Shown: piece after piece, positions 9,427-18,953 of the stretch
How the letters are laid out: every line of letters begins with the position of its first letter
Position numbering within the stretch: the stretch's first letter is position 1
Sequence record: DRR723986_698
DNA: 57,659 nt
Strand: one strand, 5' to 3'
Notes under the pieces: generated by a model
Told to the model about the DNA's origin: nothing
Database searches by the model: none
Seen by the model: the letters and a program-made list of their open reading frames with translations, nothing else
Made by a program: the position numbers and the translations under genes

Positions 9427-10812
9427 ATGATTTCCAGATTGTTGCACTCGTTTGTTGTTGCTCTGCTGCTGTTTCTGCCCGGCGCACTGCCTGCATCTTC
9501 ACAATCGGAAAGCCCCGCCGGAGCTATCACCGCCATGCCCGGTGCCGGCGACGATCAGGCCATCGAGCAGCGTATCAACGGCATCTATGACCAGCTCGAC
9601 GGGCTTTCCGGAATTTCGGTCGTCGTAAGATCAGGTGTGGTCAACCTGAACGGAACCGTGACCGAGGCGAGCCTTGCCACAAAGGCCGAAGAGCTTGCCG
9701 GCCGTGTCGACGGCGTCGTCGCAGTCCAGAACAATCTCACCGAGGAAACCGCGCTGGAGGAACGTCTCGTTCCGGTTTACGAGCGCCTGCAGGCGCGCCT
9801 GTCCCAAGGGGTGAACTATCTGCCGCTTGCCCTGGTTGCCCTGCTCGTCTGGATGCTGGCCAGTGCGGCCGGACTGCTGATCGCGCGGTTTGAATGGCCC
9901 TGGAACAGGCTCACGCCCAATGCCTTCATTGCAGATCTTGTCAGGCAGCTGATCAGGATCCTGTTCTTCACGATCGGGATCGTGCTTGCGCTTGATGTGC
10001 TGGGCGCCACTGCCGTCATCGGCACCTTGCTCGGAGCAGCCGGCATTGTGGGTCTGGCGGTCGGCTTTGCTGTCCGGGACACTGTCGAAAACTACATTGC
10101 CAGTATCATGCTCAGCATCCGGCAGCCGTTCAACCCGAAGGACTTCGTCAGGATTGAAGGCTACGAGGGCTTTGTCATCAGTCTCACGTCGCGTGCAACG
10201 ATCCTGATGGAAAAGGACGGGAACCATATCCGCATCCCAAACGCCATCGTCTTCAAGAGCACCCTCGTCAACTTTTCCACCAATCCACGGCGCCGCTTCG
10301 TCTTCGAATTGGGCGTCGATGCGGAAAGCAACCTCGACAAGGCGCTGGACGTTGGCCTGATGACGCTTCGCCGCCAGGAGTTCATTCTTCAGGATCCCTC
10401 TCCCGACGCCTGGATCGAAGCGTTGGGAGATTCCAACGTTGTTCTGAGTTTTGTGGGCTGGATTGACCAGACGCGGACCGATTTCCAGAAGGCGCGTTCC
10501 GAGGCGATGCGCCTCGTCAAGCTGGCGCTTGAATCAAACGGCTTCTCCCTGCCGGAGCCCATCTACCGGTTGAGGTTCGATGATGCGCCTGCGCTGGAAA
10601 ACCTCCTGCCGGACAGGCAGGAGGGGGATCGGGAACGCGGGAAGATCACCCGTAAAGAGGCGGCGTTTCCGCAATCGGCAGAAGTGCCGAACGATACGGA
10701 AGCCGACCGGGATCTTGAAAAGCAGGTTGAACTGGAACGAAAAGCCGCCCAGTCGGACGACCTTCTCGATGAGCATGCGCCGAAGGAATTCGGGGCTAAA
10801 TCAGCAAGGTAA
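9427..10812 (+). CDS. Small-conductance mechanosensitive channel (MscS) with N-terminal BON domain
   Basis: Signal peptide; GVVNLNGTV...VDGVVAVQNNL (BON); GLAVGFAVRDTVENYIAS and IPNA (MscS). Confidence 0.88.
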   Translation: MISRLLHSFVVALLLFLPGALPASSQSESPAGAITAMPGAGDDQAIEQRINGIYDQLDGLSGISVVVRSGVVNLNGTVTEASLATKAEELAGRVDGVVAVQNNLTEETALEERLVPVYERLQARLSQGVNYLPLALVALLVWMLASAAGLLIARFEWPWNRLTPNAFIADLVRQLIRILFFTIGIVLALDVLGATAVIGTLLGAAGIVGLAVGFAVRDTVENYIASIMLSIRQPFNPKDFVRIEGYEGFVISLTSRATILMEKDGNHIRIPNAIVFKSTLVNFSTNPRRRFVFELGVDAESNLDKALDVGLMTLRRQEFILQDPSPDAWIEALGDSNVVLSFVGWIDQTRTDFQKARSEAMRLVKLALESNGFSLPEPIYRLRFDDAPALENLLPDRQEGDRERGKITRKEAAFPQSAEVPNDTEADRDLEKQVELERKAAQSDDLLDEHAPKEFGAKSAR

Positions 10813-10856
10813 TCCTGACAGACAGGCGATTAATGAAGCAAATCCTGAGCAGCGTG

Positions 10857-11645
10857 TCAGGAAAGGCTGACCCTGCGCCACCGGGATTCGACAAAGGAGT
10901 AGATCGCAAAAACCATCAGGCCAACCGCCAGCGCGAACAGCATGACCTGCCCATAAGGCAAACCCTGAATGTATTTCAGAGCATCCAGCGTGCTCGGCAG
11001 ATCGCCGCCGGAGGTTGAGGCGCCCTCGATGCCAAGCCAGATCATTGCCGACAGAAGGGCGAACACGATCCCGCGTGCACCGAGGCCAAGAACCGACACG
11101 ACGTGAACAATCCGCATCGGGGCTTCGTTTTCATCGAAGTGCTTGCTGTATCTGCCTGAACAGGCCTTCCACCAATGGGCAACCGCTATTCCCAGAAAGA
11201 CAAGGGACAAGCCAGTCACGAATATCCGCTGGCCAAGAGCTTGCGAGAGAGCGTTCATCAGGCCCGGCAGCAGTTTGCCGTCATCCGTGCCCGTAATTCC
11301 GAGCAGGCCAATGGCGTAGAGGGCGAGCGCGCTATAGGTGGCGGCGCTTGCCAGAAGGGCCAGGCGCACGACGATCCCCTGCAGGTCCCGTCCATGGTTG
11401 TCCGCGTCCAGAACGGCCTGAACCAGCCGCCAGACGACAAAACCGAACAGGCCTGTCACAAGGACAGCCACCAGAACAGAGCCGAAGGGTTGGGACAAGA
11501 GAGTGACAAGGGCACCTTTGGTGCCCTTGCTGCTGCCTGCGCCGATGGACGCGAGAATGGCAAAGAAAGATATGATGCCATAGACGATGCCGCGTGAAAG
11601 ATATCCGGCACGTGCGGCAGCTTGTAACCAGTGCGAGTACTTCAT
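10857..11645 (-). CDS. DUF1206-like membrane protein
   Basis: ARAGYLSRGIVY, QPFG, GARGIVF, LPYGQ repeated TM units. Confidence 0.8.
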   Translation of the reverse strand: MKYSHWLQAAARAGYLSRGIVYGIISFFAILASIGAGSSKGTKGALVTLLSQPFGSVLVAVLVTGLFGFVVWRLVQAVLDADNHGRDLQGIVVRLALLASAATYSALALYAIGLLGITGTDDGKLLPGLMNALSQALGQRIFVTGLSLVFLGIAVAHWWKACSGRYSKHFDENEAPMRIVHVVSVLGLGARGIVFALLSAMIWLGIEGASTSGGDLPSTLDALKYIQGLPYGQVMLFALAVGLMVFAIYSFVESRWRRVSLS

Positions 11646-11791
11646 TCCCCTGGTCTTTCCGCCATCCCGGCATTTTCACAATCGGTAAAGCGCTGTGCGC
11701 CGGCTCCGCCAGAACGATTGGCGGGCCGACCAGCGGGAGGCGCCAGAGGGCGTGGTTGCCAAACCTGCAATATTCGAGAGGTTACCCCGGC

Positions 11792-11866
11792 TCAGCCGAG
11801 GCCGAGAAACGACAGGATGGCAACAACCACGACGACAAGTCCGACGAGATAGATAATGTTGTGCAT
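11792..11866 (-). CDS. 24-aa hydrophobic small protein MHNIIYLVGLVVVVVAILSFLGLG (below ORF-track cutoff)
   Basis: Translated by hand; AAGGA RBS; 20/24 identical to the paralog at 12007-12081. Confidence 0.8.
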   Translation of the reverse strand: MHNIIYLVGLVVVVVAILSFLGLG

Positions 11867-12006
11867 GTTCAATTCCTTGCCAGAAACGGAAAAGGGCCGG
11901 ACGCTGGGTGAACGGCAGGGGGCGGCCGTTCGTGGCGGGGGCTTGCGTCCGGCCCAAACTGTTGGAGATCGTCTGCCGGGGGCGCGGCAGGGTTACCGGG
12001 GCTAGG

Positions 12007-12081
12007 TTAGACCAGTCCGATGAAGGACAGGATCGCGACGACAACGACGACGAGACCGACCAGATAGATGATACCGTTCAT
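12007..12081 (-). CDS. 24-aa hydrophobic small protein MNGIIYLVGLVVVVVAILSFIGLV (below ORF-track cutoff)
   Basis: Translated by hand; AAGGAGAG RBS; paralog of 11792-11866. Confidence 0.82.
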   Translation of the reverse strand: MNGIIYLVGLVVVVVAILSFIGLV

Positions 12082-12106
12082 GCCTCTCTCCTTTCGTTGG
12101 AGAGAG

Positions 12107-12131
12107 AACTCGTCAAACAGGAAATGGTTCC
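12107..12131 (-). promoter_or_regulatory. Sigma-EcfG-like promoter upstream of the twin small proteins
   Basis: Minus strand reads GGAAC-N16-AGTT, 25 nt upstream of ATG 12081. Confidence 0.55.
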
Positions 12132-12156
12132 GAGGAATCGAACAGGGAGCGAAAAA

Positions 12157-12600
12157 TCAGCTTCCCGGTTGCCAGTCTTCCGGTGCCATGACGAAGCCTT
12201 CGAACTGAAATCCGGGGGCAACCGTGCAGCCGACCAGGGTCCATGCACCGAGCGAGCGGGCCTGCTGCCAGCCGTCACGGGGAACGATGCCTTGCGGGCG
12301 CTCGCCGGCCAGAAGGTCGTTGCCCAGGGTCAGCACCTGCCGGGTGGTGCTGTCGGTGCTGATGGAAAGCTCCAGCGGGCTGCCGGCATACCAGTGCCAG
12401 GTCTCGACCGCGTCAACCTTGTGCCAGCGGGAGAGAACGCCTTCGGGAAGCAGGAAATAGATCAGGGTAGATGCAGCCCGGCCGCCATCATCGGTGACGC
12501 TGTCGCGGAAGGTTTCGGCATAAAAGCCACCTTCCGGGTGCGGCTGCATGTCGAGAAGGTCGACGATCTTTTCGGCGGTCAGGCTGGCGGTAGAAGTCAT
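12157..12600 (-). CDS. Cupin domain protein (DUF985/Cupin_5)
   Basis: MQPHPEGGFY, STLIYFLL, ETWHWYAG, LVGCTVAPGFQF. Confidence 0.9.
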   Translation of the reverse strand: MTSTASLTAEKIVDLLDMQPHPEGGFYAETFRDSVTDDGGRAASTLIYFLLPEGVLSRWHKVDAVETWHWYAGSPLELSISTDSTTRQVLTLGNDLLAGERPQGIVPRDGWQQARSLGAWTLVGCTVAPGFQFEGFVMAPEDWQPGS

Positions 12601-12644
12601 GAAAAGTCCCGGCTGGATCAACTGGATTTCCGGGACGGGATCGC

Positions 12645-12860
12645 TCAGGAGGATTTCGACCCGGTGCAGAAAGCCAGATCATCAATGGTTTCGCGCAGGG
12701 CCGCAACCACTTCCTCGTAAAGGAGCTGCATGTCCAGCCTGTGTCCGCCGCCCAGATGACCCGGTATCGGTTCGGCCTGGCCGACGATGCGGCTGACCAC
12801 GTCCCGTGCGCGCTGCTCCGCGGAGCGTGTCAAGTGGTCTTCGGAACTCGCAGGTGTCAT
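12645..12860 (-). CDS. Hypothetical 71-aa protein
   Basis: Fills the gap between gloB and the cupin gene; GAAGGGG RBS; RpoH-like promoter upstream. Confidence 0.5.
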   Translation of the reverse strand: MTPASSEDHLTRSAEQRARDVVSRIVGQAEPIPGHLGGGHRLDMQLLYEEVVAALRETIDDLAFCTGSKSS

Positions 12861-12893
12861 GGTGTGTGCCCCTTCATGATCACGATGGCGTGC

Positions 12894-12922
12894 ATATGGG
12901 GGCAACCAGTCGTTGTTTTAAG
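12894..12922 (-). promoter_or_regulatory. RpoH (sigma-32)-like promoter
   Basis: CTTAAA-N15-CCCCATAT on the minus strand. Confidence 0.45.
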
Positions 12923-12985
12923 CCTTCCGGCCAAGAAAAACCAGAAGGCGGTGCAAGAATTCTGCTGCGGGACCTATAGGTATGA

Positions 12986-13768
12986 TCAAGCGTTGTCCTT
13001 GCGCATGCGGATCTCGGAAAAGACTTCGGCAGCACTTTTGCCTTCCATGCCGAGTGCAGCGGCGACAGAAGCTTCACCTGCACGCAGGAACGGATTCGTT
13101 GCTTTCTCTTTCGCCATGGTCGTCGGCAGCGTCGCGGCGCCTTTCTCGCGCAGCGCGGCCACTTCGTCTGCCCGCGTCTTCAGATCGGCGTTGTCCGGGT
13201 CGATTGTCAGGGCGAAGCGCGCGTTGGCCTGCGTGTACTCATGGCCGCAGTAGATGGTGGTGTCATCGGGCAGCTGGCGCATCAGTTTGGCAAGCGACGA
13301 CCACATCATGTCCCTATCACCCTCGAACACACGGCCGCACCCGAGCGAAAACAGAGTGTCGCCGGTGTGGGCCACCTTGATGGAGGCGATGTACCAGGAG
13401 ATCTGATCCAGCGTGTGGCCCGGGGTCGAGATCGCCTTGATCTCGTAAGGTCCGCACCGGACGTCGTCGCCGTCTTCCACGGTGCGATCGAACTCGGCAA
13501 TCTTCAGGCGTGAACGCTCGGGACCGATGACGGTCGCGCCAGTTTTCCGCTTGAGTGTGCCGAGACCCTGGACATGGTCCCAATGGTGATGGGTGATCAG
13601 AATATGCGTCAACGACCAGCCGGTCTGCTCCAGCGCCTTTTCGTAGGCATCGGCGTCTGGCACGTCGACGGCAATGGTCGTTCCGGTGTCGGTGTCGTGA
13701 ATCAGCACGCCGAAATTGTCGTCGAGACAGGTAAACTGGTGAATTTCGGTGGTGTCGCTCAAGGCCAT
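12986..13768 (-). CDS. gloB: Hydroxyacylglutathione hydrolase (glyoxalase II)
   Basis: THHHWDH, TPGHT, GDTLFSLGCGR, CGHEYT, TNPFLR. Confidence 0.95.
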   Translation of the reverse strand: MALSDTTEIHQFTCLDDNFGVLIHDTDTGTTIAVDVPDADAYEKALEQTGWSLTHILITHHHWDHVQGLGTLKRKTGATVIGPERSRLKIAEFDRTVEDGDDVRCGPYEIKAISTPGHTLDQISWYIASIKVAHTGDTLFSLGCGRVFEGDRDMMWSSLAKLMRQLPDDTTIYCGHEYTQANARFALTIDPDNADLKTRADEVAALREKGAATLPTTMAKEKATNPFLRAGEASVAAALGMEGKSAAEVFSEIRMRKDNA

Positions 13769-13906
13769 GAAACGGCTCCCTGCTGAGATCTGTCGGTTGA
13801 GATGCAGACTGGCAAAGTCAGGCGCCAAGGGCAAGGCAAGAGATCTTGCGCTCTCCCGCCGTTCCATGTTCAATCGCCGCGACCCTTCTTGACCGAGCAA
13901 GGCTGA

Positions 13907-14686
13907 ATGTATCTCGACGTCGTTCATTTGCGCGCTTTTTACGATTTGCCACTCGGCAGGCTGCTTCGCAGCCTGATCGGCGCCCCTATCCGCAAGATGT
14001 GGCCGGACCTTACCGGCCAGGCTCTGCTCGGTATCGGTTATGCGGGCCCGTTCATGCGACCCTACCTCGACACGGTCGACCGGGCGATCGCCGCCATGCC
14101 CGCTCCCCAGGGCGCGGTTCATTGGCCGCGCGAGCGGGATAGCGCCTGTGCGCTGGTGGAAGACCAGGACCTGCCGTTTCCCGATGCCTATTTCGACCGG
14201 GTGATGCTGGTACACGCTCTCGACCATTGTTCGGACCCTGCGGCCGTCCTCAGGGAGGCCTGGCGGGTGCTGGTGCCGGGCGGGCGACTGATCGCCGTCG
14301 TGCCGAACCGGCGCGGCCTCTGGGCGCAGTCGGAGCTTTCCCCCTTCGGCTATGGCCGGCCTTATTCGGGCAGCCAGCTCAAGGATCTGCTGAAGAGCTG
14401 CCAGTTCAACGTTACCGAGGACAAGGAAGCCCTCTTCATGCCGCCCTCGCGCGCCCGCACCATCCTGCGCGCGGCCCGCACCTGGGAAGGCATCGGCCGC
14501 CGCATCTGGCCTGCCTTTGGCGGTGTTCTGATCATGGAAGCGGAAAAGGTCGTGTTCCAGAGCCTGCCCGTCGACGGCAAGAAAAGCCGCTTCCGCGTGC
14601 TGCGGCCTGTCTTCATTCCCGAAGGCGTCGCGACAGGGCTGAAACCTGTCAGGTCCGTGCATCGGGCGGAGACGGGCGACTTCTAA
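13907..14686 (+). CDS. Class I SAM-dependent methyltransferase
   Basis: LLGIGYAGP, DLPFPDAYFDRV, LREAWRVLVPGG; divergent from gloB as is common. Confidence 0.88.
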   Translation: MYLDVVHLRAFYDLPLGRLLRSLIGAPIRKMWPDLTGQALLGIGYAGPFMRPYLDTVDRAIAAMPAPQGAVHWPRERDSACALVEDQDLPFPDAYFDRVMLVHALDHCSDPAAVLREAWRVLVPGGRLIAVVPNRRGLWAQSELSPFGYGRPYSGSQLKDLLKSCQFNVTEDKEALFMPPSRARTILRAARTWEGIGRRIWPAFGGVLIMEAEKVVFQSLPVDGKKSRFRVLRPVFIPEGVATGLKPVRSVHRAETGDF

Positions 14687-14696
14687 CAGCCTCTGA

Positions 14697-14865
14697 GCCG
14701 TCATCCCGGACAAGCGCTGCAGAAGGCTGCGCGACGATCCGGAATCCAGCGCGCCAGTGTGAGCGCAGCGAACTCGATTAGGTTTTATCGGTGCGCTAAT
14801 CGCGCGAAATATGTCTGGGTTCCGGATCTGCGTTCGGCTTCGCCTTCCTTGTCCGGAATGACGGC
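14697..14865. repeat. Palindromic intergenic repeat, family C copy 1
   Basis: GCCGTCATCCCGGACAAG...GATCCGGAATCCAG ... CTGGGTTCCGGATC...TTGTCCGGAATGACGGC; inverted relative copy at 57528-57659 shares internal GTGAGCGCAGCGAAC. Confidence 0.85.
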
Positions 14866-14884
14866 CGAAGGTTATTGAACCAGC

Positions 14885-15517
14885 TCACCGCTTCAGCAGA
14901 AACACGGCCTGTTCGGCAACGATGTTCCACACCCACCAGGGGGCGTTGACCGGGATCTTGTTGCCCCGGCCGCTGAGGGCGATGGCCTTTTCGACGTTCG
15001 CGTCCAGTTCCCGGCAAAGCTCGACGAAATCGCGCAGCGAGCAGAAGTGGATGTTCGGCGTGTCGTACCATTCGTAGGGCAGATACTTGGTCACCGGCAT
15101 GCGGCCGCGGAACAGAAGCTGGGCCCGGTTGCGCCAGTGGGCGAAGTTCGGGATCGAGATCACGACCTGATTGCCGATGCGCAGGAGCTCGCTGACGACC
15201 TTTTTCGGTTCGCGGGTCGCCTGCAGGGTCTGGCTCAGGATCACGACGTCGAAGGCCCCGTCCGGATAGTCGGACAGGTCCTGGTCGGCATCGCCCTGGA
15301 TCACCGACAGGCCGCGGGCTACGCAGCGGTTGACGCCTTCCTGGGACAGTTCGATGCCGCGTCCGTCCACCTGGCGTTCGCGCACCAGAAGGTCGAGCAG
15401 CTCACCGTCGGCGGACCCGATGTCGAGCACGCGGGCATTGTGCGGTACCAGCGAGGCGACAACCTTGTGGTCGCCGCGCACGTCTCCGCTCTTGGTCTGT
15501 CTTGGAGCCAGGTTCAC
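14885..15517 (-). CDS. metW: Methionine biosynthesis protein MetW
   Basis: RVLDIG, ILSQTLQ, SIPNFAHW, LPYEWYDTPNIHFC; GTG start just after metX. Confidence 0.93.
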   Translation of the reverse strand: MNLAPRQTKSGDVRGDHKVVASLVPHNARVLDIGSADGELLDLLVRERQVDGRGIELSQEGVNRCVARGLSVIQGDADQDLSDYPDGAFDVVILSQTLQATREPKKVVSELLRIGNQVVISIPNFAHWRNRAQLLFRGRMPVTKYLPYEWYDTPNIHFCSLRDFVELCRELDANVEKAIALSGRGNKIPVNAPWWVWNIVAEQAVFLLKR

Positions 15518-15521
15518 GGGA

Positions 15522-16724
15522 TCAGACCTCCTCGCCCGGTGCGGGCAGGCCGCGGGCGTGTGCTGCGCCGGTGACGAAGCCGGAAATCGTCTGGAACATC
15601 TCCGGCACGTCCAGCAGGAACGAGTCGTGACCCCGGTCGCTTTCGATCTCGACGAAGGAGACGTTGGCCGCCGCCGCATTGAGCGCCTTGACCACGCGCC
15701 GGCTTTCGGACGTGGGGAACAGCCAGTCGGATGTGAACGACATGACGCAGAAACGTGTTTTCGTTCCCTTGAAGGCGTTCGCCAGAGAGCCGCCGAACTG
15801 ATGCGCCAGGTCGAAATAGTCCATCGCCCGGGTGACATAGAGATAGGAATTGGCGTCGAACCGGTCGACAAAGGTCATGCCTTGGTGGCGCAGATAGCTC
15901 TCGATCTGGAAATCCGCGTCGAAACCGAAGGTGACATTGTCCCGGTCCTGCAGGTTGCGGCCGAATTTCTGGTGCAGGGATTCGTCGGACATATAGGTGA
16001 CATGCGCCGCCATGCGGGCAACCGCCAGGCCCTTGGTCGGCCTCTGTCCTTCCTGCAGGTAACTGCCGGCGCACCAGTTCGGGTCGGCCATGATTGCCTG
16101 CCGGCCGACTTCGTGGAAGGCGATGTTCTGGGACGTGTGCCGCGCTGCCGCGGCAATCGGTACGGCCGAGAACACGCGCTCGGGATAGCTGGCCGCCCAC
16201 TGCAGCACCTGCATGCCGCCCATGGAGCCGCCGATGACCGCAAACAGCGTGTCGATGCCGAGATGATCGACAAGGCGCGCCTGTGCCCGGACCATGTCGC
16301 GAATGGTGATGACAGGCAGTGCAAGGCCGTAAGGCTGCCCTGTCTCCGGGTTGATGGAGGCAGGTCCTGTGGTGCCGAGGCAGCCGCCGAGAACGTTGGA
16401 ACAGATAACGAAATAATGATTGGTGTCGACCGGCTTGCCGGGGCCGACCATCTGACTCCACCAGCCGGGCTTGCCGGTCACGGGATTGGTGGAGGCTACA
16501 TACTGGTCGCCCGTCAGGGCGTGGCACACGATGACGGCGTTGGACTTGTCCGCGTTGAGCTCGCCATAGGTTTCGTACGCAATCTGCCAGGGGCCAAGCT
16601 TTACGCCGGCATCGAGCTCCAGCGGTTCTTCCGCGGGAAAGCGCGCAAGTTTGCTCGAGGGCGAAACCGCTTCGCTTGCCTTCAGATCCTCCGGGGTGGC
16701 TGGACGTGATGTGTCTGCGGACAT
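15522..16724 (-). CDS. metX: Homoserine O-acetyltransferase
   Basis: [15 protein letters not shown] nucleophile elbow, RFDANSY, GHDSFL. Confidence 0.95.
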   Translation of the reverse strand: MSADTSRPATPEDLKASEAVSPSSKLARFPAEEPLELDAGVKLGPWQIAYETYGELNADKSNAVIVCHALTGDQYVASTNPVTGKPGWWSQMVGPGKPVDTNHYFVICSNVLGGCLGTTGPASINPETGQPYGLALPVITIRDMVRAQARLVDHLGIDTLFAVIGGSMGGMQVLQWAASYPERVFSAVPIAAAARHTSQNIAFHEVGRQAIMADPNWCAGSYLQEGQRPTKGLAVARMAAHVTYMSDESLHQKFGRNLQDRDNVTFGFDADFQIESYLRHQGMTFVDRFDANSYLYVTRAMDYFDLAHQFGGSLANAFKGTKTRFCVMSFTSDWLFPTSESRRVVKALNAAAANVSFVEIESDRGHDSFLLDVPEMFQTISGFVTGAAHARGLPAPGEEV

Positions 16725-16941
16725 GGCTCTAAAGAATTATCTGTTGTCCCGGGCGGGAATATTTCAGGCCGGTTGAGCGGGCCACGGTCCGCCACCGGGA
16801 AACGGCAGGCACCCGGCAGAACGGCCAGACTGGCGACCTAGCCGTGCCGGAACGCCTGAGTCAATGTTTTCTTTTGCCTTTGGGCAATCACATGCCTATG
16901 ACTATGCGCCGCTGAACCCAAACGAAGGCCGGAGCCACCTC

Positions 16942-17814
16942 ATGTCTCACTTGCCGGACAGCGGGCTGTCGCTGGACGACCTCAGGACACGGGTCGACGA
17001 GATCGATGCACGCATCCACACCGCCCTGATGGAACGCGCCCAGGCCGAAGCCGGTATCCAGGCTGCCGGCCGCGCCGCGGGAGCTGCACCCGCCCTGTTT
17101 CAACCCGAACGTGACGCCGACCTGATGCGCCAGATGGTGGAGCGCCACCAGGGCGACCTGCCGCTGGCAACCGTCGAACACATCTGGCGGGATCTCATCT
17201 GTGCCTGCACCAGCCTGCAGGCAGACACCGCCGTCCATCTGGACGGCAGCGCCGATCTGATCGAGATGCTCGACCTGGCGCGTTTCTACTTCGGTTTTTC
17301 CGTGGAGCTGGTGCCGGGAAGCGATGCGGCCGACGTGGTCGGCGCCGTGACGGCGTCAGCCGGTGACCTGGGCCTTGTGGCGCTGATCGACCGGGCGGAG
17401 CTGCCCTGGTGGCGTGGCCTCAGCGAATCCGGCGCACTGGTGCGGGCGCGGCTGCCCTTCGTCATTCTGGACGAGCGTCCCGCTGACCTGCCGGCGCTGG
17501 TGCTGGCCAAGGCCGACAGCATGATCGACAACGCCGATATTGCGGTTTATGACGCCCGCTGGTCGGATCTTCTGCCGGGCAACCTGATGGACGAAGGCAT
17601 TGAAGTGCTCAGTTTCTTCCGGTCCGCCGCCGGTGTCGACGCGCTGCTTGCGATTTCCGGCGAGCTGACGGAAGAGGATGTGCGCGCAGCCTGCCTTGCC
17701 GCAGGCGCCGCCCCGGAAGTTTTGAGACGTGTCGGCGGCTACGCCGCGCCGATCGACGGCAATGGCGATCCGGACGACACATTTGCTGCCGAGGACGAGG
17801 AGCCTCAGGGATGA
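16942..17814 (+). CDS. Chorismate mutase (AroQ domain with C-terminal extension)
   Basis: [15 protein letters not shown]...ERA, IWRDLI; sits upstream of hisC-tyrC. Confidence 0.82.
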   Translation: MSHLPDSGLSLDDLRTRVDEIDARIHTALMERAQAEAGIQAAGRAAGAAPALFQPERDADLMRQMVERHQGDLPLATVEHIWRDLICACTSLQADTAVHLDGSADLIEMLDLARFYFGFSVELVPGSDAADVVGAVTASAGDLGLVALIDRAELPWWRGLSESGALVRARLPFVILDERPADLPALVLAKADSMIDNADIAVYDARWSDLLPGNLMDEGIEVLSFFRSAAGVDALLAISGELTEEDVRAACLAAGAAPEVLRRVGGYAAPIDGNGDPDDTFAAEDEEPQG

Positions 17815-18947
17815 ACGAGATGACGACAGTGACTGAAGCCGGCAAGGCAACCGCAAACCGTCCGCAGCCGCGGCCGGGCGTTCTGGATATTGCGCCTTAT
17901 GTTCCCGGAAAGTCCAAGGGCAGCCACGGCAAGACCGTTCACAAGCTTTCGTCCAACGAAACACCGCTCGGCACGAGCGATGCTGCCCGCGCGGCCATTG
18001 AAGCCGTGGCGCGGAACCTGGAACTCTATCCGGACGGGTCCTCTGCCGAACTGCGTGCGGCCATCGGCGAAGTCTACGGCCTCAATCCGGACCGCATCAT
18101 CTGCGGCGCCGGGTCCGACGAGGTTCTCAGCCTGATCGCCTACGGTTATCTCGGCCAGGGCGACGAGGCGATCTATTCCGAACATGGCTTCCTGGTCTAC
18201 GACATTGCCATCCGCGCCGCCGGGGCAACGCCGGTGATTGCACCTGAAAAGGACCTGACGACGGATGTCGATGCGATCCTGGCAAGGGTCACCGACAAGA
18301 CGCGCATGGTCTTCATCGCCAACCCGAACAATCCGACCGGCACCTATCTGCCGTTCGAGGAGGTCAAGCGGCTGCATGAGGGTCTGCCGGCCAACGTCCT
18401 GCTGGTTCTGGATGCCGCCTATGCGGAATATGTTCGCCGCAACGACTATGAAAGCGGTCTCGAGCTGGCAGCGACGTCCGACAACGTCATCATGACGCGG
18501 ACCTTCTCCAAGATTTACGGCCTCGCCAATCTGCGTCTCGGCTGGGGGTTCGGTCCGGCCCATGTGATCGATGCGCTCAACCGCATCCGGGGTCCGTTCA
18601 ACGTCAACGGCATGGCGATTGCCGCCGGTATGGCCGCTGTTCGTGACCGTGATTTCGTCACGCGCTCGATCGAGCACAATGATACCTGGCTGCCCTGGGT
18701 GACGGCGGAGCTGGAAAAGCTCGGCCTGAAGGTGACACCGAGCGTCGGCAACTTCGTGCTGGTTCACTTCCCCGACGAGGACGGCAAGCGCGCGGCGGAT
18801 GCCGATGCCTATCTGCTGGAGCGCGGCTGCGTGCTGCGCATGGTCGGCAATTACGGGCTGCCGAACTCGATCCGCATGACGATCGGTTCGGAAGACGCCA
18901 ACCGGGCCATCATTGGCCACCTGAAGGACTTCCTGGAACAGAAATAA
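17811..18947 (+). CDS. hisC: Histidinol-phosphate aminotransferase
   Basis: [32 protein letters not shown]. Confidence 0.95.
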   Translation: MNEMTTVTEAGKATANRPQPRPGVLDIAPYVPGKSKGSHGKTVHKLSSNETPLGTSDAARAAIEAVARNLELYPDGSSAELRAAIGEVYGLNPDRIICGAGSDEVLSLIAYGYLGQGDEAIYSEHGFLVYDIAIRAAGATPVIAPEKDLTTDVDAILARVTDKTRMVFIANPNNPTGTYLPFEEVKRLHEGLPANVLLVLDAAYAEYVRRNDYESGLELAATSDNVIMTRTFSKIYGLANLRLGWGFGPAHVIDALNRIRGPFNVNGMAIAAGMAAVRDRDFVTRSIEHNDTWLPWVTAELEKLGLKVTPSVGNFVLVHFPDEDGKRAADADAYLLERGCVLRMVGNYGLPNSIRMTIGSEDANRAIIGHLKDFLEQK

Positions 18948-18953
18948 GAACAC

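Noticed and set aside
12986-14713. Apparent 575-aa GloB fusion (likewise 490-aa 1990-3462 and 328-aa 14885-15871)
   Set aside because: The N-terminal extensions overlap other real genes; true starts are 13768, 2923 and 15517
16725-16941. SAM-II riboswitch expected upstream of metX
   Set aside because: Could not find the GTGATTT...GCTAAA pseudoknot signature on either strand by eye; an Rfam scan would be decisive
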